Source of the DNA: Verrucomicrobiales bacterium
Lineage (GTDB): Bacteria > Verrucomicrobiota > Verrucomicrobiia > Verrucomicrobiales > DEV007
NCBI GenBank assembly: GCA_048267005.1
Contig: JBLWYI010000013.1
Span: forward strand, 118,455 to 182,454
DNA length: 64,000 bases
Direction of reading: 5' to 3'
Under the pieces are notes generated by a model that made no database searches, was not told the DNA's origin, and saw only the letters and a list, made by a program, of their open reading frames with translations. Shown here piece by piece: positions 56,556 through 64,000 of this stretch. Each line of letters starts with the position of its first letter. The first letter of the stretch is position 1. The translations under genes and the position numbers were made by a program.

Positions 56556-57136
56556 GATGACGCGTAGCGGTTCCTGAGTTTTTCCAGGCCATATCGGATT
56601 CTGGCTTTCACAGTGCCCAGGCTCAAATCTCTTCTCTCGGCGATTTCGGAATGAGTCCAGCCTGACAGAAAAGCCAGCTCCAGAACATCCTTCTGTTCTC
56701 CGGGAAGTTCGAGTAGCGCATTCAGTAATTCGTTGGCTTCTTCCTTTCGCATCAAACGAGCCACAGCGCTCTCTTCAGGCCCTGCTTCAACCTCCCGTTT
56801 GGGCAATCTTACATTGTCTTCCGCCGGAAAGTTTTCACTGGTGGCGATTCTCGATCCCCGGGCGCGCAGTCGATCGATACAGCGGTTTCGGGTCATGGCC
56901 GTCATCCATGTGAATAACCCCGCCCGACTGGAATCGAATGTGCCTGCCTTTTTCCATACTGAGCAGAAGACATCCTGAATAACTTCTTCGGCATCGTTGC
57001 GATTGCCGAGGATTTTCAGTGCCAGTGAGAACAGGGGATTCGAGAAACGGTCGTAAATTTCAGAGAAGGCCGCACGGTCTCCTGTTGCTGCCCTTGTGAG
57101 AAGCTGAGTTTCGTATGCTTTGTTCCACGTCGACAT
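56552..57136 (-). CDS. ECF (sigma-70 family) RNA polymerase sigma factor
   Basis: Region 2 'EEVIQDVFCSVWKK', region 4 'LSGWTHSEIAERRDLSLGTVKARIRYGLEKLR'; ATG at 57136. Confidence 0.9.
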   Translation of the reverse strand: MSTWNKAYETQLLTRAATGDRAAFSEIYDRFSNPLFSLALKILGNRNDAEEVIQDVFCSVWKKAGTFDSSRAGLFTWMTAMTRNRCIDRLRARGSRIATSENFPAEDNVRLPKREVEAGPEESAVARLMRKEEANELLNALLELPGEQKDVLELAFLSGWTHSEIAERRDLSLGTVKARIRYGLEKLRNRYASS

Positions 57137-57278
57137 CTGGGGCTCGGACTCGGTAAGAAAGAGGAGGTTAAACTGTAGGCTACGCTGCACACCTGTTTTT
57201 CGGATGTCACGTGAGATTGGATCTATATTGTAGACGGGTATTCCCCCGCTTCCTTCCCTGCATTTTCAATATAATCCC

Positions 57279-59330
57279 TCACACCTGCCCCAGCAGATCA
57301 ACCAGGGCTACGATGCCCAGTAGTTTTTCATCTTCATCGATGATCAACGTTTTGCTGGCGCCGGCCCGAATCATCTGTTCGAGCATATCGGAAACCGGAG
57401 CTGTCGGCAGAGCCGTCGGCAGGGTAGCCAGCATGAGATCCTTGAGCTTGGTCTTTGCGCTGTAAGTGTCGCTCTTCAGGATATCATAAACGCTGCTTCG
57501 GCGTAGCACGCCGTCCAGCTTTCCGGTGTCGGGTTCCACCACTGGATAGGTGCTGTGGGGTTCATCGCGCAGTCTTTGCATGGCGTCAGCGAGTGTTTCA
57601 TCACCTGAGAGGGAACAGATCTCTGAGCACATCACGTCAGCAGCGGTCTTGCTGCGGCGATCGACCGGAACGCGCGCCACGACGGTATTGATTTCTTCGG
57701 ACGTGGCGTAGGCTTTTGCGGTGGTGGAGAATAGCTGCGAGATATCAGTGGAACCCGCCACCAGCTGTTTGAACACATTTTCACCCAGAGCGACCAGTGT
57801 GGACGCTTCGCTGGCGACTGCGTTGTATCGCCAGATGTGATCTTCCAAAAGCGCCCGCTCGCCGAAGTGATCACCTTCGTGGATGGTCCGCACGATGTTG
57901 CCTTCGTCGTCGGTGATGTTGATGGACCCCGCTTTCACGAAGTAAAACGAGAAGGCCGGTTCACCGCTCTGGAAGAGGACGTCTCCCGCTTCGAGGTGGG
58001 CTTCTTTCAGAGCTGATGTGTATTTCGGCGTCAGCAGGCTGATGTCTTTGGAGAAGAAAATATCGAGGGTCCATTCGGCCATCACCCGGATTTTACGATC
58101 GAGTCCCGGAAGTTTGCTGAGGTAAACCGAGCGCCACATCCACCAGGCGATAAAGCCTGAGAAGTTCATCCCGAAGGCGTGGGCGACGGCTTTGTTGTGA
58201 CCGATCGCGGCCATTTCACCGAGGCCTTTGAAGTCGAATGTCTTCAGCCCGCGGTCCGATGCCTGCAAAGTTGCCGCCATATTCGTTCCCGCTGTGGTGC
58301 CCTGCCGCTGGGCGAACTGGGCCGTAGGCGGGCAGAAGTCGTTGCCCTCTCCCGCGAATGGAACGGCGGCGCAATCGCCGGCGGCCCACACATTTTCAAA
58401 ATCATCACTGATGACGCGGAGAAAAGGATCGGTCACGACTTTTCCGTAGGCGCTTTCAAGCTCGTGCTGTGCGATCACCGATGTAATCAGCGGGTTCGGT
58501 GCGTTGCCCACGGTGGAAACCACGGTTGACGCGGGGAGCTTGGTGCCGTCGTCGAGAACGACCTGTCGGGCGGTGACGGATTTCACACGATGGTTCAGGA
58601 CAACATTAACACCCTGATCTTCGAGGCATTTTCGGGTGTATTCGCCGAGATTCGGGGCCAGCGTCGGCAGGAGCACCCCGCGACTGTGAATTAAGCTCAC
58701 GGTAAAATCATCGTGATCCACATTCCCGTAGAATTTGTGGACTTCGTTCAGCAAATCGATGATCTGGCCGGCCGTTTCCACCCCGGAGTATCCACCGCCG
58801 ACAATCACAAAGTTTAAGAGGAGACGTCGACGCGGTTTGTCCGAGATCAGGTTCGCCTCCTCGACCCGGCCGATAATGGTGGCGCGGAGTTTCATGGCGT
58901 CACCCACGTTCTGCATGAGATAGGCATGTTCCGCCATGCCGGGGATCCGGCTCAGATTCACAACCGATCCCGTTGCCAGCAGGAGATGCCTGCAATGGAA
59001 AGTGATGTCCGGCGAGAACGATCCCGCGGACGCCCGCAGCGTCCGGTTAGCCAGGTCGATTTCAGTGATGCTGCATTTGTAAACAAGCGCTCCTTTTGCC
59101 AGACGACGGATGGGATTGACCACATGCCTCGGGGCGAGCGATCCGCCGGCGACCTCCGGCAGCATGGGCTGAAATGTCATGTGGTTCTCATCAGCAATCA
59201 CCCCGACCCGCTTTCCCGAGGTGTGCTTCATCAATGCCTTGGCCGCGTAGACGCCGGCAAAGCCTCCGCCGATGATGGCACAGTCGAGATCGATTTTTTC
59301 GCGGTATTCTTTCGGGTTGGCGGTCGGCAT
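57279..59330 (-). CDS. NDH-2-like FAD/NAD(P)H oxidoreductase fused to a cyclic-nucleotide-binding domain and a CBS pair
   Basis: 'IIGGGFAGVYAAKAL' Rossmann; 'FQSGEPAFSFYFVKAGSI...GDHFGERALL' cNMP-binding; C-terminal CBS segments. Confidence 0.9.
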   Translation of the reverse strand: MPTANPKEYREKIDLDCAIIGGGFAGVYAAKALMKHTSGKRVGVIADENHMTFQPMLPEVAGGSLAPRHVVNPIRRLAKGALVYKCSITEIDLANRTLRASAGSFSPDITFHCRHLLLATGSVVNLSRIPGMAEHAYLMQNVGDAMKLRATIIGRVEEANLISDKPRRRLLLNFVIVGGGYSGVETAGQIIDLLNEVHKFYGNVDHDDFTVSLIHSRGVLLPTLAPNLGEYTRKCLEDQGVNVVLNHRVKSVTARQVVLDDGTKLPASTVVSTVGNAPNPLITSVIAQHELESAYGKVVTDPFLRVISDDFENVWAAGDCAAVPFAGEGNDFCPPTAQFAQRQGTTAGTNMAATLQASDRGLKTFDFKGLGEMAAIGHNKAVAHAFGMNFSGFIAWWMWRSVYLSKLPGLDRKIRVMAEWTLDIFFSKDISLLTPKYTSALKEAHLEAGDVLFQSGEPAFSFYFVKAGSINITDDEGNIVRTIHEGDHFGERALLEDHIWRYNAVASEASTLVALGENVFKQLVAGSTDISQLFSTTAKAYATSEEINTVVARVPVDRRSKTAADVMCSEICSLSGDETLADAMQRLRDEPHSTYPVVEPDTGKLDGVLRRSSVYDILKSDTYSAKTKLKDLMLATLPTALPTAPVSDMLEQMIRAGASKTLIIDEDEKLLGIVALVDLLGQV

Positions 59331-59474
59331 AGTGGAAGAGGATGCAATTAGTATGCCTTAGACTCCGTTGTCAGATATATTTCGAGCAAAATTTGGGGGA
59401 ACTTTTGACAGATAGCTCCGAAACGGGGGCGCAAAAACGAATGCGGTTGGTTTGTATCTGTTTATAATCAACCA

Positions 59475-60878
59475 ATGGGGAGTCCAATTCGAAGGAGAAA
59501 CTTTATCAGCCGTTCCGCGCAGTTCGCAGCGGGAAGCCTTGCCGCCCGGACCGTGCAAACGGGATTCGCAGCCGGAGACAGCACACCTGATTATTACATC
59601 CCGGGGCAGCGGGGGTATGAAACGGCGCGGCGGCCTTTCAACACCGAGGTGGGATTGAAGCCCGGGGTGATTGCCGCCTGCGAGAACGATGCCCATGTGG
59701 TCACGGCCGTGAATCGGGCGAGGGCAGAAGGGCTGCCGATATCGGTTAAAAGCCGTGGCCACAGCTTCGAGGGATTTTCGCTGAACGAAGACGGGCTGGT
59801 GATTGAGCTGTCACGCCTTTCGCAACCTGTCCTGACGGCGGATCAGCGTTTCATTTCAGGGCCCGGCATCACCCTGGGGGATGTGTATGGTTTTCTCCTG
59901 CCCAAAGGACGACTGCTTCCGGCTGGCTCCTGCTCCGGCGTGGGGTTGGGCGGGCTGACTCTCGGTGGAGGCTATGGTCTCTTTGCCCGGCAGTTTGGAT
60001 TGACCTGTGATCTCCTGGAGCGGGTTCGCATGGTGGATGGCAGGGGGCAGGTTGTGGATTCCCGTGATGATCCCGATCTGCTGTGGGCCTGTCGCGGTGG
60101 TGGCAACGGCAATTTTGGAGCGATCACATCGATGGAGTTCAGAACGGTGGAAGCTCCACCAATGTTGTCTGCCCAACGGTTTAAGTCAGGAACGGTCTCG
60201 GTGGCCGAAGCCAATCGCAAAGCTGAGCTGTGGTTTGCCATGGCAAAAGAGTTGCCTGATGCGATTTTCTCCGGATTCATCGTGAACGGCAAAAACATCA
60301 CCGTCCTGATCACGTCGACCTACTCCCATTCCGGCCCGGCTTTTCAGCGGGCAGTCGCAGCGATGAAAGCGGCGGGATTCACCAGCAATGGTCCCTCTCA
60401 GACCGCGACCCAACAGGCCATCAAACGATACTACGGCGCGCAGTCCCCGCTTCCGTTTAGAAATTTCTGTGGGGGGATGGCTGACAGCTTCGCTGATTAT
60501 GCTCCGGCCATGCCGGCTGTGATGGAGGAAATACAGCGCTCGAATGTGATGATTCAGTTCAACACGCTGGGCGGTATGATCTCCCGGGCCGCCAGTGGTG
60601 CCTATCCGCATCGGAAGCGCCAATTTCTCTCGGAAGTTCAGGCCTACTGGAGCAAACCGGATCAGCGGGATGCGAAAGTGGCGGCGACACAACGTATCCG
60701 TGAACATTTGGCCCGGGTTGTCAGTGCTCATTACCGGAATTACCCGAGCATTGATTTCCCCAACTGGGAGGAGGCGTATTATGGGAAGAGTTACGCGAAG
60801 CTGCAGGAGTTGAAGCTTCGCTACGATCCCGAAAACCTGTTTCGTCATCCGCAAAGTGTCCGGCTCCCCGGGCAATAG
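59475..60878 (+). CDS. FAD-linked oxidase (berberine-bridge-enzyme-like), Tat-secreted
   Basis: 'RRNFISRSAQFAAGSLAA' Tat signal; C-terminal BBE motif 'YRNYPSIDFPNWEEAYYGKSYAKLQELKLRYDPENLF'. Confidence 0.9.
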   Translation: MGSPIRRRNFISRSAQFAAGSLAARTVQTGFAAGDSTPDYYIPGQRGYETARRPFNTEVGLKPGVIAACENDAHVVTAVNRARAEGLPISVKSRGHSFEGFSLNEDGLVIELSRLSQPVLTADQRFISGPGITLGDVYGFLLPKGRLLPAGSCSGVGLGGLTLGGGYGLFARQFGLTCDLLERVRMVDGRGQVVDSRDDPDLLWACRGGGNGNFGAITSMEFRTVEAPPMLSAQRFKSGTVSVAEANRKAELWFAMAKELPDAIFSGFIVNGKNITVLITSTYSHSGPAFQRAVAAMKAAGFTSNGPSQTATQQAIKRYYGAQSPLPFRNFCGGMADSFADYAPAMPAVMEEIQRSNVMIQFNTLGGMISRAASGAYPHRKRQFLSEVQAYWSKPDQRDAKVAATQRIREHLARVVSAHYRNYPSIDFPNWEEAYYGKSYAKLQELKLRYDPENLFRHPQSVRLPGQ

Positions 60879-60882
60879 ATTT

Positions 60883-62562
60883 ATGCCGCCATCGCTCCCG
60901 ACATCCAGTTCCGCCCGTCTCCATGATCTGGATGCGTTGCGGGCCTTTGCGATGTTGCTGGGCATTATTCTACACGCCGCCATCGCCTTCGTTCCGTTTC
61001 CCGGTTGGCTCGTGCAGGATGTGGAGAGACCGATGTGGAACACCCCTGAATTTCTCCACCAGCTGGGCCTCACCCTGCCGGAGACGTTCAGCCCGATGGC
61101 TCTGTTGCTCAACCTCATCCACGCCTTCCGGATGCAGTTGTTCTTTGTCGTGAGTGGATTCTTTGCGGCCATGCTCTGGAAAAAGCGCGGGCTGCGGGCA
61201 TTGCTCAAGCATCGCGCAAAACGCATCCTCCTGCCGCTCGTTCCGGCCACGATACTTATCTGGCCGCTCGTCGCACTCGCGGGGCTTATGGTGGCAGGGA
61301 CAAAGCCGGATTCTCTCTGGGTGGCGGCGAAGGAGGGGCGGATCGAGGTGGTGAAAGCGCAGCTTGAGGCAGGAGTCGACCCGAACGAACTCGATCCGTC
61401 AGCCGGTGTTTCGGCCCTGACCTGGTCGGCATGCGCCGGGCATCTGGAGGTCGCTGAATGGTTGATTGCCAGCGGAGCCGAGGTGGAACGGCGGGATCGG
61501 GACGGGGGAACACCTCTCCATGCCGCGGTGTTCTTCGCCCATCCAGAGGTGGTCAACTTGCTGGTGGCGAATGGCGCTGACGTACAGGTCAAGAATCAGC
61601 GGGGCGAATCGGCCCTTGATGTGGTTGAGGCTGACTACGGAACCACAAAATTCATTGGCAGGCTGATCGGGGTTCCTGTCAAAGAAGAGGCAGCCTTCGC
61701 TGATAGCCGTGAGCAAATAGGAAAACGCTTGGGGAAACTCGAAGGGGAAGTTGAGAGCGATTCAACGTGGGAGATTTGGAAGATGATTCTCGGTGTCTAC
61801 ATGGCAGCGGCGATGGCTCCGGTCTTTCTGCACCTGTGGTTTCTGCACTATCTCTTTTGGCTTGTCCTGTTGTTTGCCTTCGCGGCCTGGAGGTATGAAA
61901 AATCGGGCCGCAAATTTCGTCCCCGGATTGCCTGGTTGATTCCATTGGCGGTTATTCCGCAGCTGTTCATGGTCCTGGATTTTGGTCCCGACACCGCTCC
62001 GGGATTGATCCTGTGGCTGCCCAAGCTTGCCTACTACGCGGTGTTCTTCGGAGTCGGGGCCCTGTTTTATGGGCGGCCGGATTTTGGTGAGAAGCTCAAG
62101 CTTCGATGGCCTGTGCTCTTTGCCGTGGCTCTGCCGGTCGGCTGCATCGCCCTGTATTTCAATTTCCTGAGAGACGTGACCTTTGAAGCCGGCTTTGATG
62201 AGAATCAGGTGCCGGTATTTGGCTTTCACATCATCTATTGCATCGGCGCGGTGGCATTCGCCTGGCTTATGGTCTTCGGGATGATTGGAGTCTTCCGCCG
62301 GTTTTTTCCCGCAGAAGACCCGCGGATTCGCTACATTTCAGACGCGAGCTACTGGCTCTACATCGCGCATTTGCCGCTGCTGTTTTTCATCCAAATCGCC
62401 ATGACCGGCTGGGAGTTTCCCGCGCTGTTGAAACTGTTGATCGCCTGCGTTGCCACGATTGGAATTCTCCTTCTCGCCTACGAGTGGTTCGTTCGATACA
62501 CTTTTATCGGCACATTGCTGAATGGGAAAAAAGTGAAGCCGTCACGAACCAACAGGGTCTGA
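60883..62562 (+). CDS. Acyltransferase family 3 (OafA-like) membrane protein with internal ankyrin-repeat insert
   Basis: 'LDALRAFAMLLGIILHAAIAF' AT3 N-terminus; ankyrin repeats ('GGTPLHAAVFFAHPEVVNLLVANGADV'); ATG at 60883 just after the upstream stop. Confidence 0.85.
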   Translation: MPPSLPTSSSARLHDLDALRAFAMLLGIILHAAIAFVPFPGWLVQDVERPMWNTPEFLHQLGLTLPETFSPMALLLNLIHAFRMQLFFVVSGFFAAMLWKKRGLRALLKHRAKRILLPLVPATILIWPLVALAGLMVAGTKPDSLWVAAKEGRIEVVKAQLEAGVDPNELDPSAGVSALTWSACAGHLEVAEWLIASGAEVERRDRDGGTPLHAAVFFAHPEVVNLLVANGADVQVKNQRGESALDVVEADYGTTKFIGRLIGVPVKEEAAFADSREQIGKRLGKLEGEVESDSTWEIWKMILGVYMAAAMAPVFLHLWFLHYLFWLVLLFAFAAWRYEKSGRKFRPRIAWLIPLAVIPQLFMVLDFGPDTAPGLILWLPKLAYYAVFFGVGALFYGRPDFGEKLKLRWPVLFAVALPVGCIALYFNFLRDVTFEAGFDENQVPVFGFHIIYCIGAVAFAWLMVFGMIGVFRRFFPAEDPRIRYISDASYWLYIAHLPLLFFIQIAMTGWEFPALLKLLIACVATIGILLLAYEWFVRYTFIGTLLNGKKVKPSRTNRV

Positions 62563-62587
62563 CCGGTGAGGCAACAGGGTTGGATCG
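62543..62587. repeat. REP-like repeat pair ('cgaaccaacagggtctgaccg' + 'gaggcaacagggttggatcg') spanning the acyltransferase stop codon
   Basis: Same two-unit arrangement as at the tsaE 3' end. Confidence 0.65.
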
Positions 62588-62597
62588 TATAATACCA

Positions 62598-63002
62598 CTA
62601 AGACTTAGTGATAATTTCATCGGCCAGTTTATCGGTGATCCCTTCTCGAGCGTCCACCCACTTCAGGCTTTTAATTTCATCAGGGATGTCACAATCATGA
62701 AGGAGAATGGGAACAACTCTGGCCAAAGTATTCATAGGGTCGTTGAATAAATGTAACCATACCTCGAAATTAGCCCATTTTGATTCTACAAAAGAAGGGG
62801 ATAGTAAAATGAGAGCCCGTCGCGAATTCTTCATTCCTGCAACAACTTCTATTCCAATATTTGCCCCATAATTTAGATCGTCGTCAAACCAGCACGGACG
62901 ACCTTTGGATGTGAAAATATCTCGAAGTAGTTTTGCTTCAATCTTGTCGTCCGAAGAATGGGAGAGAAAGAAGCTAAATTGGTATTTGTCGATTTTGCTC
63001 AT
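62598..63002 (-). CDS. Minimal TIR-domain protein (134 aa)
   Basis: 'FSFFLSHSSDD' beta-A motif, 'ALILLSPSFVESKWANFEVW' with Glu in the catalytic-Glu position; ATG overlaps the upstream gene stop (ATGA); region GC ~40%. Confidence 0.85.
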   Translation of the reverse strand: MSKIDKYQFSFFLSHSSDDKIEAKLLRDIFTSKGRPCWFDDDLNYGANIGIEVVAGMKNSRRALILLSPSFVESKWANFEVWLHLFNDPMNTLARVVPILLHDCDIPDEIKSLKWVDAREGITDKLADEIITKS

Positions 63003-63574
63003 GCTGCTTTCGCCAATGACATCGAAAGTTCTTTCCCCCGATCAGTCAGTTCAAATAGCTTTTCTTTGTGGCCCGCTTTCTCAATATTGCTTTCAACAAA
63101 GCAGCCTTGGCTAATTAAGGAATTTACTTGCGCCGTCGCGTTTGTAGATGAAGCGCCATATTCGCTTTTTAGCCGAACCGTGAGAATTGACGTGCGTAGG
63201 TATACTTCAGGCACTTCCAACTCTTGCAGCCACCCCATCAGAAGAAGCTTATCTTTGAATTGATTTAACCTGTGAATCGCATCTTTGGCACTGTATTCAA
63301 CAGACCCGTTTCGCTTAATTCGCTTCCGTTTAAATTGGTGCAAAACAAGCCGTCTAAGGTGTCGAGGGCTCACTTCCAAGAGTTCGCTCAAGAGACCAAG
63401 CGATATCCGATCAAGGGGTTCCTCGTCCGCTAAATGAATGAAATTTGGAAGATAGTAATCATCTTCAAGTCCAATTTCGATAAGGATTTCCTGCATTGCA
63501 AGGTCACGCTGCTCTCCCTTAATCTGCAAAAACGTATTCAACGCTTGCAAATAGTTATTCGTTTCGGGCCCCAT
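62999..63574 (-). CDS. HTH/winged-helix domain protein (191 aa), translationally coupled partner of the TIR gene
   Basis: HTH-like 'LGLLSELLEVSPRHLRRLV' and C-terminal winged-helix-like 'AQVNSLISQGCFVESNIEKAGHKEKLFELTDRGKEL'; low GC. Confidence 0.75.
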   Translation of the reverse strand: MGPETNNYLQALNTFLQIKGEQRDLAMQEILIEIGLEDDYYLPNFIHLADEEPLDRISLGLLSELLEVSPRHLRRLVLHQFKRKRIKRNGSVEYSAKDAIHRLNQFKDKLLLMGWLQELEVPEVYLRTSILTVRLKSEYGASSTNATAQVNSLISQGCFVESNIEKAGHKEKLFELTDRGKELSMSLAKAA

Positions 63575-63861
63575 TTAGGGGGCAATTTAGCAAGCGGCAC
63601 ATAAAACTCAATGAAAATCGGACTGAAATTAGTGCAATTTGCAAAATACAGCTGATTTCTTCTGTTCGCAAGCGGTATTTTGGATTTATTAACTAAATCG
63701 TTTAGTTGGAATTCTGTTTTGCCATGAAATGGTTTAGGACGAATTAACATTTGGTCGGTCGTAATCATTGTTGTGCTGAAAACCTCGGTGAGCGTTTTCT
63801 GGGAAATCACATGAATGGCCGCTTCATTACTAATTTTGCCCCTTGTTCGACCAAACGGCAA
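63538..63861 (-). CDS. Hypothetical small Lys-rich protein, possible third gene of the low-GC islet
   Basis: 107-aa ORF in AT-rich DNA (where random ORFs are rarer); TTG start or an internal ATG; overlaps the partner-gene start by 37 nt out of frame. Confidence 0.25.
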   Translation of the reverse strand: MPFGRTRGKISNEAAIHVISQKTLTEVFSTTMITTDQMLIRPKPFHGKTEFQLNDLVNKSKIPLANRRNQLYFANCTNFSPIFIEFYVPLAKLPPKWGPKRITICKR

Positions 63862-63868
63862 GAGGAGC

Positions 63869-64000
63869 GACCTTCCGAACGTTCAGACACGGGGTTGTGA
63901 AAAACGTACGACCTTCCGAATGCTCAGACACGGGGTTGTGAAAAACAAACGACCTTCCGAACGTTCAGATACGAGGTTGTGAAAAACAAATGACCTTCCG
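63869..64000. repeat. Tandem array, 41-bp unit, at least 3.2 copies, truncated by window end ('gaccttccgaacgttcagacacggggttgtgaaaaacgtac')
   Basis: Contiguous units with point variants; runs to the last base of the window. Confidence 0.9.

Noticed and set aside
62598-63574. Thoeris (ThsA/ThsB) assignment for the TIR pair
   Set aside because: The partner is only 191 aa and shows HTH/winged-helix features, not SIR2, SLOG/Macro or TM domains. The architecture does not fit Thoeris, CBASS, Pycsar or TIR-STING.
1-64000. tRNA, rRNA or riboswitch genes
   Set aside because: None recognised by eye in the intergenic regions (largest non-coding stretch is 26071-26595). This cannot be excluded without tRNAscan-SE/Infernal.

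Overview
GC-rich (about 55-60% by eye) chromosomal segment with Planctomycetota hallmarks. These are three PSCyt/DUF1549/DUF1553-type proteins next to DUF1501 proteins, three sulfatases, and several planctomycete cytochrome c-like N-terminal domains. Most of the window is housekeeping or metabolic, almost all protein-coding. Identifiable genes include purH, glyQS, trpG/pabA, dxr, cdsA, thiL, tsaE, a ROK glucokinase, an ECF sigma/anti-sigma pair, and a LacI-headed transport/hydrolase locus. I could not recognise any rRNA or tRNA by eye. Four things stand out. (1) At the right edge there is a low-GC (about 40%) islet carrying a translationally coupled two-gene module: a 191-aa HTH/winged-helix protein plus a minimal 134-aa TIR-domain protein. 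Its architecture does not fit described TIR systems, so it is a candidate new defence module. (2) An apparent operon encodes an HTH regulator (divergent), an NfeD-like membrane protein with a His-rich insert, a long flotillin, and a 1731-aa protein of unknown architecture with a single MoxR/AAA_5-like ATPase module near its C-terminus. (3) Three sequence-unrelated intergenic tandem arrays all have an exact 41-bp period. (4) A short REP-like element family (core AACAGGGTYTG / CAACAGGGTTGGATCG) occurs at 8 or more loci, usually at gene ends. The left edge is also lower-GC and carries a nuclease-like/SF2-helicase fusion plus an unknown partner. Several genes use GTG/TTG starts, and many ORF-track N-termini are over-extended; I adjusted starts where an internal ATG matched a conserved N-terminus or a stop/start overlap.
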